Below are positions 18,909 through 27,508 of a DNA stretch of 64,000 bases, piece by piece. The translations under genes and the position numbers were made by a program. Numbering within the stretch: the stretch's first letter is position 1; each line of letters begins with the position of its first letter. The notes below the pieces were generated by a model that saw only the letters and a list, made by a program, of their open reading frames with translations, was not told the DNA's origin and ran no database searches. The DNA is taken from the NCBI GenBank assembly GCA_045590675.1, contig JAZNRJ010000040.1, forward strand, positions 15,544-79,543, in the 5' to 3' direction. The stretch comes from Acutalibacteraceae bacterium. Its GTDB lineage: Bacteria > Bacillota > Clostridia > Oscillospirales > Acutalibacteraceae.

Positions 18909-20207
18909 CTATTTCATATCTCCGTTGGCAGGGTTATCAAGAACTTTGCCGTTCGGGTCAAATCTTGAGCCGTGGCAAGGGCAATCCCACGAACGCTCCT
19001 GAGCATTCCACTTTAAAGCACAGCCAAGATGAGGGCAACGCTTCTGCCCGAAAGTCAGCAACCCTGCAACCGATTCAAACCCGTTAACCAACAGCTGCGG
19101 CTTTAACATACTCCTTGACGGATTAAAAATCTCTCTGTAAAGGCTTTCTCTTTTATAAATCAAATCCGTCAAAACCATTGCAGAAACCATCGCTCCTGTC
19201 ATACCCCATTTGTTAAAGCCGGTTGCAACAAATAAATCTGTTGTTTTAGCTGAATACCGCCCGATATACGGAACTTTGTCAAGTGTCATACAATCCTGCG
19301 CAGACCAAAAAAATCTTTCTTTTGCCAAAGGGTAATTGTTATTGACAAATCCTCTCAGTTCCTGCCAATTGCCGCCTTTTTTGCCCGTTCTGTGGTCACC
19401 GCCGCCAACTATCAGATAATCTTTATAATTCCTGAAAGACATTCCTTTCACATTTTCATCAACATACATTCCGTCTACATCAACAGCGTTTTCGCAGGCT
19501 ATTGCATAAGATCGCTCCTGATAAAGCTTGAGCGAATATGAACCATGTTTGTTAATAAACGGGAAATGAGTTGCAACAATAACTTTATCGGCTTTGATTT
19601 TGCCGAAATCAGTTACAGCTGTGTTACCGACCATTTCACGCACATAAGTGTTTTCGTAGATATTCAACCCTTTAGCTATCGAAAATAAAAACTTAATCGG
19701 ATTAAACTGAGCTTGACTTTTAAAACGAACCGCACCGAAAGTTTTAATTTTAAGGGGTAAATCAGTGCAAAAATCGGCAGCATAACCGATTTTTGAAAGT
19801 GATTCAAGCTCCGCTTCAAGCTTTCTTTTTTCATCGCAAGAATAAACGTAATTATCTTTAACTTCAAAATCACAATCAATTGTACGGCACATTTCGTAAT
19901 ATTTTTTTAACGCACAGTTATTTGCATCAAGATACAACTTCGCCTTTTCGGCTGATTCTTTATAAAGCTTCTGATAAATCAAGCCGTGCTGGCTTGTTAT
20001 TTTGGCAGTTGTGTTGCCGCTGTTGCCGCCGCATATTCTGCCCTTTTCAACAAGAGTATAATCAACACCTTTTTCTTTTAAAAAATAAGCTGTTAAAACA
20101 CCGGCAATTCCTCCGCCTATTATAAGTACATCGGTTTTTATATCACTTTTCAAGCTCTTAAACTTCGGCGGATCAGAGTAATTTTTCCAAATTGAATTCA
20201 TAAACAT
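18909..20207 (-). CDS. FAD-dependent oxidoreductase with a C-terminal Rieske [2Fe-2S] domain (YhfW-like)
   Basis: IIGGGIAG, GNTTAKIT, TGFNKWGMT and CPHLGC...WDCPCHGSRF. Confidence 0.9.
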   Translation of the reverse strand: MFMNSIWKNYSDPPKFKSLKSDIKTDVLIIGGGIAGVLTAYFLKEKGVDYTLVEKGRICGGNSGNTTAKITSQHGLIYQKLYKESAEKAKLYLDANNCALKKYYEMCRTIDCDFEVKDNYVYSCDEKRKLEAELESLSKIGYAADFCTDLPLKIKTFGAVRFKSQAQFNPIKFLFSIAKGLNIYENTYVREMVGNTAVTDFGKIKADKVIVATHFPFINKHGSYSLKLYQERSYAIACENAVDVDGMYVDENVKGMSFRNYKDYLIVGGGDHRTGKKGGNWQELRGFVNNNYPLAKERFFWSAQDCMTLDKVPYIGRYSAKTTDLFVATGFNKWGMTGAMVSAMVLTDLIYKRESLYREIFNPSRSMLKPQLLVNGFESVAGLLTFGQKRCPHLGCALKWNAQERSWDCPCHGSRFDPNGKVLDNPANGDMK

Positions 20208-20256
20208 ATCTCCCTGAAATTTATTACTATTTTTGCCCCAAATAATAAAATAAACC

Positions 20257-20285
20257 TTGAAAGTTTTATAAAATGATAATAAAAT
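20257..20285 (+). promoter_or_regulatory. Probable xylAB promoter
   Basis: TTGAAA, 17 bp, TAAAAT upstream of the AAAGGAG RBS. Confidence 0.6.
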
Positions 20286-20317
20286 AGATTCATAAAGTTT
20301 TTAAAGGAGAAGTTATT

Positions 20318-21634
20318 ATGTATTTTGATTTTATCGAAAAAGTAAAATATGAAGGTGCATCAAGCAAAAACCCTTTTGCATTTAAATATTATGATTCAGA
20401 AAAAATCATTATGGGCAAGCCTATGAAAAAGCATCTCAACTTTGCAATGGCTTGGTGGCATAACCTCGGCGCAGCCGGTACCGATATGTTCGGCAGAGAT
20501 ACGGCCGACAAATCATTCGGTGCTGTTCCCGCAACAATGGAACACGCAAAAGCAAAGGTTGACGCAGGCTTTGAATTTATGCAAAAGCTCGGTATTCAAA
20601 ACTTCTGTTTTCACGATGTTGACCTTGTTCCCGAAGCAGCTGATTTGAACGAAACAAACAAAAGGCTTGACGAAATAACAGATTATATTCTTGAAAAGAT
20701 GAAAGAAACAGGCATCAAATGCCTTTGGGGAACTGCAAATATGTTTTCAAACCCCAGATTTATGAATGGTGCCGGCAGCTCAAACAGCGCAGAAGTTTTC
20801 TGCTTTGCTGCAGCTCAGATTAAAAAAGCACTCGACCTAACAGTTAAACTTGGCGGTAAAGGCTATGTTTTTTGGGGCGGCAGAGAGGGTTACGAAACCC
20901 TTATCAACACCGACGTTAAGTTTGAGCAGGAAAACATTGCGCGTCTTATGAAAATGGCTGTTGAATACGGCAGAAGTATCGGTTTTGAAGGCGATTTCTA
21001 TATTGAACCCAAACCAAAGGAACCAATGAAGCATCAGTATGATTTTGATGCCGCAACCGCAATCGGGTTCCTTCGCCAGTACGGTCTTGATAAAGATTTC
21101 AAAATGAACATTGAAGCAAACCACGCTTTGCTTGCAGGCCACACGTTTGAACACGAACTTCGTATCTCTGCAATCAACGGAATGCTCGGCTCAATTGATG
21201 CTAACCAGGGCGACCCCGTTCTCGGCTGGGATACAGATGAATTTCCCTTTGACGTTTACAGCGCAACAATGTGTATGTATGAAGTTCTCAAAGCAGGCGG
21301 TATGAAAAACGGCGGCCTCAACTTTGATGCCAAAAACCGCAGACCCAGTAACACCAAAGAAGATATGGTTCAGGCATTCATCCTCGGCATGGATACTTTT
21401 GCCCTCGGCCTTATCAAAGCTGCCAAAATAATTGAAGACGGCAGAATTGATGAATTCAAATCAGAAAGATATTCAAGCTACAACTCAGGTATCGGCAAAA
21501 AGATTGTTGACGGTAAAACAAACCTTGAAGAGCTTTACAATTACGCTTGCTCACTCGGCAAATGCACTGACCCCGGCTCAGGTAAGCAGGAATATCTCCA
21601 GGCAACAATCAACAGCATTATGTTCGGTGATTGA
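20318..21634 (+). CDS. xylA: Xylose isomerase (class II)
   Basis: [28 protein letters not shown] and WDTDEF motifs. Confidence 0.97.
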   Translation: MYFDFIEKVKYEGASSKNPFAFKYYDSEKIIMGKPMKKHLNFAMAWWHNLGAAGTDMFGRDTADKSFGAVPATMEHAKAKVDAGFEFMQKLGIQNFCFHDVDLVPEAADLNETNKRLDEITDYILEKMKETGIKCLWGTANMFSNPRFMNGAGSSNSAEVFCFAAAQIKKALDLTVKLGGKGYVFWGGREGYETLINTDVKFEQENIARLMKMAVEYGRSIGFEGDFYIEPKPKEPMKHQYDFDAATAIGFLRQYGLDKDFKMNIEANHALLAGHTFEHELRISAINGMLGSIDANQGDPVLGWDTDEFPFDVYSATMCMYEVLKAGGMKNGGLNFDAKNRRPSNTKEDMVQAFILGMDTFALGLIKAAKIIEDGRIDEFKSERYSSYNSGIGKKIVDGKTNLEELYNYACSLGKCTDPGSGKQEYLQATINSIMFGD

Positions 21635-21635
21635 T

Positions 21636-23162
21636 ATGAAATACGTAATTGGAATTGACCTCGGAACATCGGCAACCAAAACCGTTCTTTTTGATTCAAA
21701 CGGAACAATAATTTCTTCTTCAAGTTGTGAATACGATATGCAGCAGCCGAAAAACGGTTGGGCAGAGCAAGACCCGATTGACTGGTACAATGCTGCAATC
21801 AAAACCCTGAATGAAGTTATCGCAAAAAGCAATGTCAGCTCAGATGATATTGTTTCAATAGGTATATCGGGTCAGATGCACGGGCTTGTTATGCTTGACG
21901 AAGCTAACGAAGTTTTAAGGCCCGCCATTCTTTGGTGCGACCAGAGAACGGGAAAAGAATGCAAGGAGCTGACCGAAAGCCTCGGCAAAGAAACCTTGAT
22001 AAATATAACAGCCAACCCTGCATTAACAGGATTCACAGCCTCAAAAATCCTTTGGGTTAAAAACAACGAACCTGAGATTTTTGAAAAATGCAGACACATT
22101 CTTCTGCCCAAAGACTATCTCAGATTAAGATTAACAGGTGAATATGCAACCGAGGTTTCTGATGCATCGGGAATGCAGCTTCTTGATGTTCCCGGCAGAA
22201 AATGGTCTGAAAAAATGATTAAAGCTGTAGGCATTAAAGAAGAATATCTCGCAAAAGTTTATGAGTCACCGGAAATAACGGGATGTATAACCAAAGAAAC
22301 CGCTGAAAAAACCGGACTTTCGATTAAAACAACTGTTGTCGGCGGTGCCGGTGACAATGCAGCAGCGGCAGTCGGAATGGGCGTTATTGAAGAAGGCAAA
22401 GCTTTCACAACAATCGGCACTTCAGGAGTTGTATTTGCTCACACAGACAAGCCGATAATTGACCCACATGGCAGAGTTCACACTTTCTGCTGTGCAGTTC
22501 CTAACGCATGGCACGTTATGGGCGTTACGCAGGGTGCCGGCTTATCAATGCAATGGTTCAAAAACAACTTTTGCAGTGAAGAAATTCTCAATGCCAAAAA
22601 CGGCGGAAAACCTGTTTATATCGCAACTGACGATATGGCGGCTTCCGTTTCAATAGGCTGTGACAAATTGCTCTATCTCCCCTATCTTATGGGTGAAAGA
22701 ACGCCGCACCTTGACCCTGATTGCAGAGGCGTTTTCTTTGGAATTTCCGCAATGCACACGAAATCTCATTTTATAAGAGCTATTCTTGAAGGAGTTACAT
22801 ATTCGCTTTATGACTGCCTGCTTGTTCTTAAAGAGATGAATATTTCGCCCAAAACAATGCTCCTTTGCGGAGGCGGAAGCAAAAGCAAACTCTGGAGATC
22901 TATAATATGCGACACATTCGGAATGCCTACCGAAACATCAAAATCCTCAGATGCTGCGGCTTTGGGAGTTGCCATTCTTGCCGCTGTTGGTGCAGGTATT
23001 TACAGCGACGTAAAATCAGCTTGTGCCGCTATGGTTCCCGCAAGCTCTGACATATTGTTACCTGATAATGAAAATAAGGATGAATATCGCAAATATCATA
23101 ATATTTATTCTTCACTTTATAATTCTTTATCATCTGATTTCAAATCACTGTCAAAATTATAA
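21636..23162 (+). CDS. xylB: Xylulokinase
   Basis: IGIDLGTSATK, SGQMHG, PAILWCDQR, GGAGDNAA and PYLMGERTP; true start at ATG 21636, one base after the xylA stop. Confidence 0.95.
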   Translation: MKYVIGIDLGTSATKTVLFDSNGTIISSSSCEYDMQQPKNGWAEQDPIDWYNAAIKTLNEVIAKSNVSSDDIVSIGISGQMHGLVMLDEANEVLRPAILWCDQRTGKECKELTESLGKETLINITANPALTGFTASKILWVKNNEPEIFEKCRHILLPKDYLRLRLTGEYATEVSDASGMQLLDVPGRKWSEKMIKAVGIKEEYLAKVYESPEITGCITKETAEKTGLSIKTTVVGGAGDNAAAAVGMGVIEEGKAFTTIGTSGVVFAHTDKPIIDPHGRVHTFCCAVPNAWHVMGVTQGAGLSMQWFKNNFCSEEILNAKNGGKPVYIATDDMAASVSIGCDKLLYLPYLMGERTPHLDPDCRGVFFGISAMHTKSHFIRAILEGVTYSLYDCLLVLKEMNISPKTMLLCGGGSKSKLWRSIICDTFGMPTETSKSSDAAALGVAILAAVGAGIYSDVKSACAAMVPASSDILLPDNENKDEYRKYHNIYSSLYNSLSSDFKSLSKL

Positions 23163-23167
23163 AATTT

Positions 23168-23199
23168 AAGCCCTGCTGACATTCAGCAGGGCACTTTTA
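23168..23199. terminator. Bidirectional terminator
   Basis: GCCCTGCTGA/TCAGCAGGGC stem. Confidence 0.75.
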
Positions 23200-23883
23200 T
23201 TCAGACTGATTACGTTGCATTTTCTTCCAATTAAAATATCCGTACAAATCGTTTGCAAAAAACATCAAGAAGCACACAACCATTGGTACATATTTTCGCT
23301 CTTCAACGCTTGCAAGAACCCAAAGAATAATTAAGACAACATCGTTTGCCGCATAACCGATTGCATAATACGGACTTCTCAGATAAGTCAGATAAGAAGC
23401 AGCAAAGCTGGTTGCTATTGAAACCGTACTGTAGAAAAGATTATTATTTTTTAGAGCTCTAAGGATAAAATAAAAAAGCAAAGTTACAGCTGCAGTAAAA
23501 ACAAGCAGTTTAACGCAATCTGTTTGGTTGAGTTTTCTAACTTCAACAACTCGGGTTCCTTTATACGGATGCTTGTGCCACGATATTGCCGTTGCCGCCG
23601 CTACAGGTGCCGTCATTCCGAGATATGTTATCATTTCACCATAATATCTGAACTTAAAAGAAATTATCCCGTACAAAACCGAAAAAACAAGCATAAGTAT
23701 TTGTCCGACAACATAACCTTTTGCCAAAAATATTAGCGAAGTAACGCCAATCAGTGATGCAACCAAAGTTAAAACGTCTTTTCCGCCCGACAACGCAAAA
23801 GACAATATTATTGATATTGATGATACAGCCCAAAGAGCGGTTTCAAATTTATTTAAATCTGAAAAAGGGGTTTTGGTTTTCAT
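23197..23883 (-). CDS. pnuC: PnuC-family vitamin/nucleoside transporter
   Basis: LIFLAKG...GQ, YYGEMITYL, YAANDVVLIILW and NDLYGYFNW; about 7 TM segments; substrate not determinable. Confidence 0.88.
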   Translation of the reverse strand: MKTKTPFSDLNKFETALWAVSSISIILSFALSGGKDVLTLVASLIGVTSLIFLAKGYVVGQILMLVFSVLYGIISFKFRYYGEMITYLGMTAPVAAATAISWHKHPYKGTRVVEVRKLNQTDCVKLLVFTAAVTLLFYFILRALKNNNLFYSTVSIATSFAASYLTYLRSPYYAIGYAANDVVLIILWVLASVEERKYVPMVVCFLMFFANDLYGYFNWKKMQRNQSE

Positions 23884-23982
23884 TTTACCTCCAAAAAAGC
23901 ATCCGTTTTACGCATCTTCAAAGACCTAACGATGCGCAAACGAATGCTTTTGCATTTCACTACCCGGTGGCAGTTAAAATAT
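23884..23982 (-). promoter_or_regulatory. Structured leader (candidate attenuator or riboswitch) upstream of pnuC
   Basis: Short hairpin ACTGCC-ACCG-GGTAGT, then a ~21-bp imperfect stem ending in a U run directly before the GGAGG RBS. Confidence 0.5.
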
Positions 23983-25383
23983 TCAGTTAATCATAGCCTT
24001 GATTTTATCAAGAATTGTGAAGTTATCGGCAAACTGGAAATTGAGGATACCGATAACAAAAACAACAAGAATAATAATGGGAAGAACATAAGTCATATAA
24101 GGTTTGATCCACTTGGGAAGCTTAAGACCCTTACCTGCATTTGCTTCTGCGATAAAATTATCAAATCCCCAGCCCTTTTTGGTAACGCAGAAGAGAAGGT
24201 AGCAAAGAGCTCCAAGAGGAAGCATACAGTTGCTTACGATAAAATCTTCAAGATCAAGAACTGATGAACCCGAAGCAAAGGGAACGAACGATGACCAGAG
24301 ATTGAAGCCGAGAGCACAGGGAACTGAAAGGATAAGAACTGCTATACCGCAGATAAGGCAAGCCTTGACTCTGTTCCAATTAGTGAGCTCGCGAACGCAA
24401 GCAAGAATGTTTTCAAAAACAGCAACAATTGTTGACATTGCCGCAAAGAACATAAACAGGAAGAAGAGCGAACCCCAGAATCTGCCGCCTGCCATATTAT
24501 TGAAAACTTTTGCCATTGCAACAAAGAGAAGGCTGGGGCCTGCACCAGGCTCAACATCAAATGTAAAGCAAGCCGGGAAAATGATGAGACCTGCAACAAT
24601 GGCAACAAATGTATCAAGAACAAGTATGTTAATTGATTCGCCCATAAGTGAGCGTTCTTTGCCGATATAGCTGCCGAAAATAGCCATTGAACCGATGCCG
24701 AGACTAAGAGTGAAGAAAGCCTGATTCATTGCTCCAACAACAACGCTGCCGTTGATTTTGGTTACGTCAGGTTTAAGATAGAAAGTAAGTCCTTCTTTTG
24801 CACCGTCAAGTGTGAAGCTGTTAACAGCAAGAACAACCATAAGGAGAAGGAGAAGAATCATCATATACTTTGTAACTCTTTCAACGCCCTTCTGGAGGCC
24901 GAACGAAAGAATAAGGAAACCAAGAATAACAACAACAGCCATAAAGCCGACTGTGATATAAGGGCTTGAAAGCATCTGACCAAAAAGACTTTCGGACACT
25001 TCGTTGGTGATACCGGTCATATTGCCCGAAAGAAAGCTGACAAAATAATAAAGAATCCAGCCGGTTACTGATGTGTAGAACATCATAAGAAGGAAGTTGG
25101 CAACAAGGGCTGCGTAGCCGTGAAGATGCCACTTTTGGCCGGGTTTTTCAAGTTTCTGATAAAGCTTTACAGGGCTGCTCTGGCTGGCTCTGCCGAGTGA
25201 AAACTCAACAATCATAACAGGCAAACCGAGAATAATGAGGAAGAGCAAATAAATCAATACAAAAGCACCGCCGCCGTACTGACCAGCCATCCACGGAAAT
25301 TTCCAAACGTTTCCAACACCGATTGCGCAACCGGCACTGAGCAAAATGAAGCCTAAACGGCTGCCAAGATGTTCTCTGCTCAT
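23983..25383 (-). CDS. Sodium-dependent transporter (NSS/SNF family)
   Basis: GCAIGVGNVWKFP, GGAFVLIY, QAFFTLSLG and GAGPSLLF. Confidence 0.93.
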   Translation of the reverse strand: MSREHLGSRLGFILLSAGCAIGVGNVWKFPWMAGQYGGGAFVLIYLLFLIILGLPVMIVEFSLGRASQSSPVKLYQKLEKPGQKWHLHGYAALVANFLLMMFYTSVTGWILYYFVSFLSGNMTGITNEVSESLFGQMLSSPYITVGFMAVVVILGFLILSFGLQKGVERVTKYMMILLLLLMVVLAVNSFTLDGAKEGLTFYLKPDVTKINGSVVVGAMNQAFFTLSLGIGSMAIFGSYIGKERSLMGESINILVLDTFVAIVAGLIIFPACFTFDVEPGAGPSLLFVAMAKVFNNMAGGRFWGSLFFLFMFFAAMSTIVAVFENILACVRELTNWNRVKACLICGIAVLILSVPCALGFNLWSSFVPFASGSSVLDLEDFIVSNCMLPLGALCYLLFCVTKKGWGFDNFIAEANAGKGLKLPKWIKPYMTYVLPIIILVVFVIGILNFQFADNFTILDKIKAMIN

Positions 25384-25491
25384 AAAAACACTCCTAAATT
25401 AACAATTTCTTAATATTCAGCATACCAAATACATCAAAATAAGTCAATATTTTTTATAAATAAAATATATATAAAAATAAAAATTTAAGTG

Positions 25492-25520
25492 TTGACATTT
25501 ATAGGTCAAAATTATATAAT
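25492..25520 (+). promoter_or_regulatory. Consensus sigmaA promoter of tRNA-Pro
   Basis: TTGACA, 17 bp, TATAAT. Confidence 0.85.
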
Positions 25521-25548
25521 ATATCACGCAGCTTTAAGCAACTAATAT

Positions 25549-25625
25549 CGGGGTGTGGCGAAGTTTGGTATCGCGCTTGGTTCGGGACCAAGAGGCCATG
25601 GGTTCAAGTCCCGTCACTCCGACCA
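25549..25625 (+). tRNA. tRNA-Pro(CGG)
   Basis: Cloverleaf with anticodon arm CTTGG-TTCGGGA-CCAAG, T loop GGTTCAAGTCC and encoded CCA. Confidence 0.97.
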
Positions 25626-25627
25626 GT

Positions 25628-25664
25628 AAAAATCAGGCAACACTTTTGGGTTGCCTGATTTTTT
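25628..25664 (+). terminator. tRNA-Pro terminator
   Basis: AAAAATCAGGCAAC/GTTGCCTGATTTTT. Confidence 0.85.
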
Positions 25665-25701
25665 GATTGAATTACGATTATTTTAAATTAAGGTGATTTC
25701 T

Positions 25702-27465
25702 ATGAAACACGATTTTACAAGTATACCTGACCGCAGCAAATTCGGCAGTGCAAAATGGGAAATTGCCCCTAACGCTTCAACCGAATATGTTCCCCTTTCG
25801 GTTGCCGATATGGAATTCCCCACAGCAAAGCCGATTGTTAACGCTCTTAAAAAGCTTTGTGACGAAGCGATTCTCGGATACACTAACCCTACCGAAGAAT
25901 ACTATAATGCCGTTTGCTCCTGGATGAAGCGCAGGCATAATTTTGAAATAAACAAGGATTGGATGATTCAGACCCCCGGCATAATCAACGCTCTTTCGCT
26001 TTTAATCGAAACCGTAACAAAACCCGGTGACGGTGTTATCATCCTTTCACCGGTTTATTATCCGTTTGACATGACGGTTCTTGCAACCAACCGCCGCATT
26101 GTTTACTGCCCGCTTGCACACAAAGACGGCAAATATGAAATTGACTATAAAAATTTGCTTTTGAAAGCACAGAATACCAAAAATACCGCCTTGCTTTTCT
26201 GCAACCCTCACAACCCCATAGGCAAAGTGTGGTCTATAGAAGAGCTTGAAAAGGTTGGCGATATTTGCTGCAAGAATAATGTTTTTATCATTGATGATGA
26301 AATACATAATGACCTTATAATGCCCGGTTATGAACACACGGTTATGGCAACAGTTAATAACGAAATCAAAAATAACATTGCTGTTTGCACCGCACCGAGC
26401 AAAACATTTAACCTTGCAGGTGTTCAATGCTCTAACATTATCATCCCCAATGAAGCTGTCAGAGCAAAGGCAAAAGCCTGCAATCTTATCAATATGCAGA
26501 TGCACCTTAATATATTTGCATATACCGCTTGCACAGCAGCTTACAACGAATGCGAAGATTGGCTGGACGAGCTTATAAAAGTTATTGCCGACAATGCAAA
26601 ATTAGTTGAAGATTTTATGGCAGAAAACTTTCCGCAAATCAAAGTTTATCCGCTTGAAGGAACATATCTGCAATGGCTCGATGTCAGGAATTTAGGCTTT
26701 AATCACATCGAAATAAGAGAAATTCTTGAAAACGCAAACATTTATCTTGATAACGGCGAAATGTTTGGCCCTCTGGGCAGAGGCTTTCAGCGCATAAACC
26801 TTGCCTGTGCAAAATCTACAATCAAAAAAATGCTTGCTCGTTTTAAAACCGCAGTTGACGAAGCACTCAAAGTTAAAAAAGAAGAAACCACCGGCAAGCT
26901 TATCAAAGGACAAAAGATTGAAAATTTTGTTTACAACTCGGCTAACGGAGAAAAGCTTAGCCTTAATCCCCTTACAAAAACAACATTACTTGTTTTTGCA
27001 AGGGATTACAGGTGCAGCATAACACAGAAGCTTTTAGGAATTATCAAAGCTGCATACCATCCTATAAATTTGTTGGGATATGACATTAAGTTTGTTGTTC
27101 AGTCTGATTTAAGAACGGTCACGATTGCTCAGGGCAAATATCCGTTTGAGCTTATCGCTGACCCCGATGCTGAGCTTTACAAAAAATACGATATTTTTGA
27201 AGCAGACAGCCCTTATAATTTTGTTGCAGGTGATAAGGTTTTTGAAGCAACAACAGGCAAGGATATAAGAAGACATACATCTTATGATGCTTTCAACCCG
27301 TTTGTAATGAAAACAACCCCATCAAACTTAAAATATCCGCTTCAACTCTGCGCTTTTGTTGCCGTTAACAAAGAATCGGATGTTATATACTCGCATTACT
27401 GCAAAACAATGGCAGATTTCCCGAACATAAAAGAATTAATTGAAGAATTAAAAAATAACAGATAA
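25702..27465 (+). CDS. PatB/MalY-type PLP C-S lyase fused to a C-terminal AhpC/TSA-like redoxin domain
   Basis: LSVADMEF, CNPHNP.GKVW, DEIH and PLP lysine in APSKTFNLAG; the ~190-aa extension has LLVFARDYRC and YPFELIADPDAELYKKY. Confidence 0.85.
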   Translation: MKHDFTSIPDRSKFGSAKWEIAPNASTEYVPLSVADMEFPTAKPIVNALKKLCDEAILGYTNPTEEYYNAVCSWMKRRHNFEINKDWMIQTPGIINALSLLIETVTKPGDGVIILSPVYYPFDMTVLATNRRIVYCPLAHKDGKYEIDYKNLLLKAQNTKNTALLFCNPHNPIGKVWSIEELEKVGDICCKNNVFIIDDEIHNDLIMPGYEHTVMATVNNEIKNNIAVCTAPSKTFNLAGVQCSNIIIPNEAVRAKAKACNLINMQMHLNIFAYTACTAAYNECEDWLDELIKVIADNAKLVEDFMAENFPQIKVYPLEGTYLQWLDVRNLGFNHIEIREILENANIYLDNGEMFGPLGRGFQRINLACAKSTIKKMLARFKTAVDEALKVKKEETTGKLIKGQKIENFVYNSANGEKLSLNPLTKTTLLVFARDYRCSITQKLLGIIKAAYHPINLLGYDIKFVVQSDLRTVTIAQGKYPFELIADPDAELYKKYDIFEADSPYNFVAGDKVFEATTGKDIRRHTSYDAFNPFVMKTTPSNLKYPLQLCAFVAVNKESDVIYSHYCKTMADFPNIKELIEELKNNR

Positions 27466-27467
27466 TA

Positions 27468-27508
27468 AAAAATCTCCCTCAGGGCACGTAACCCGAAGGG
27501 AGATTTTT
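27468..27508. terminator. Bidirectional terminator
   Basis: AAAAATCTCCCT...AGGGAGATTTTT. Confidence 0.75.

Noticed and set aside
20262-20310. XylR operator upstream of xylA
   Set aside because: The region is very AT-rich, I see no convincing dyad, and no xylR is in the window.
21432-21635. 68-aa N-terminal extension of xylulokinase in the ORF track
   Set aside because: It overlaps xylA; the FGGY kinase motif begins at ATG 21636.
24230-24670. 146-aa plus-strand ORF
   Set aside because: Antisense shadow of the NSS transporter.
25549-25700. tRNA-Pro as an integration site for a genomic island
   Set aside because: It is followed directly by its terminator and a metabolic gene; I saw no duplicated tRNA 3' end or integrase.
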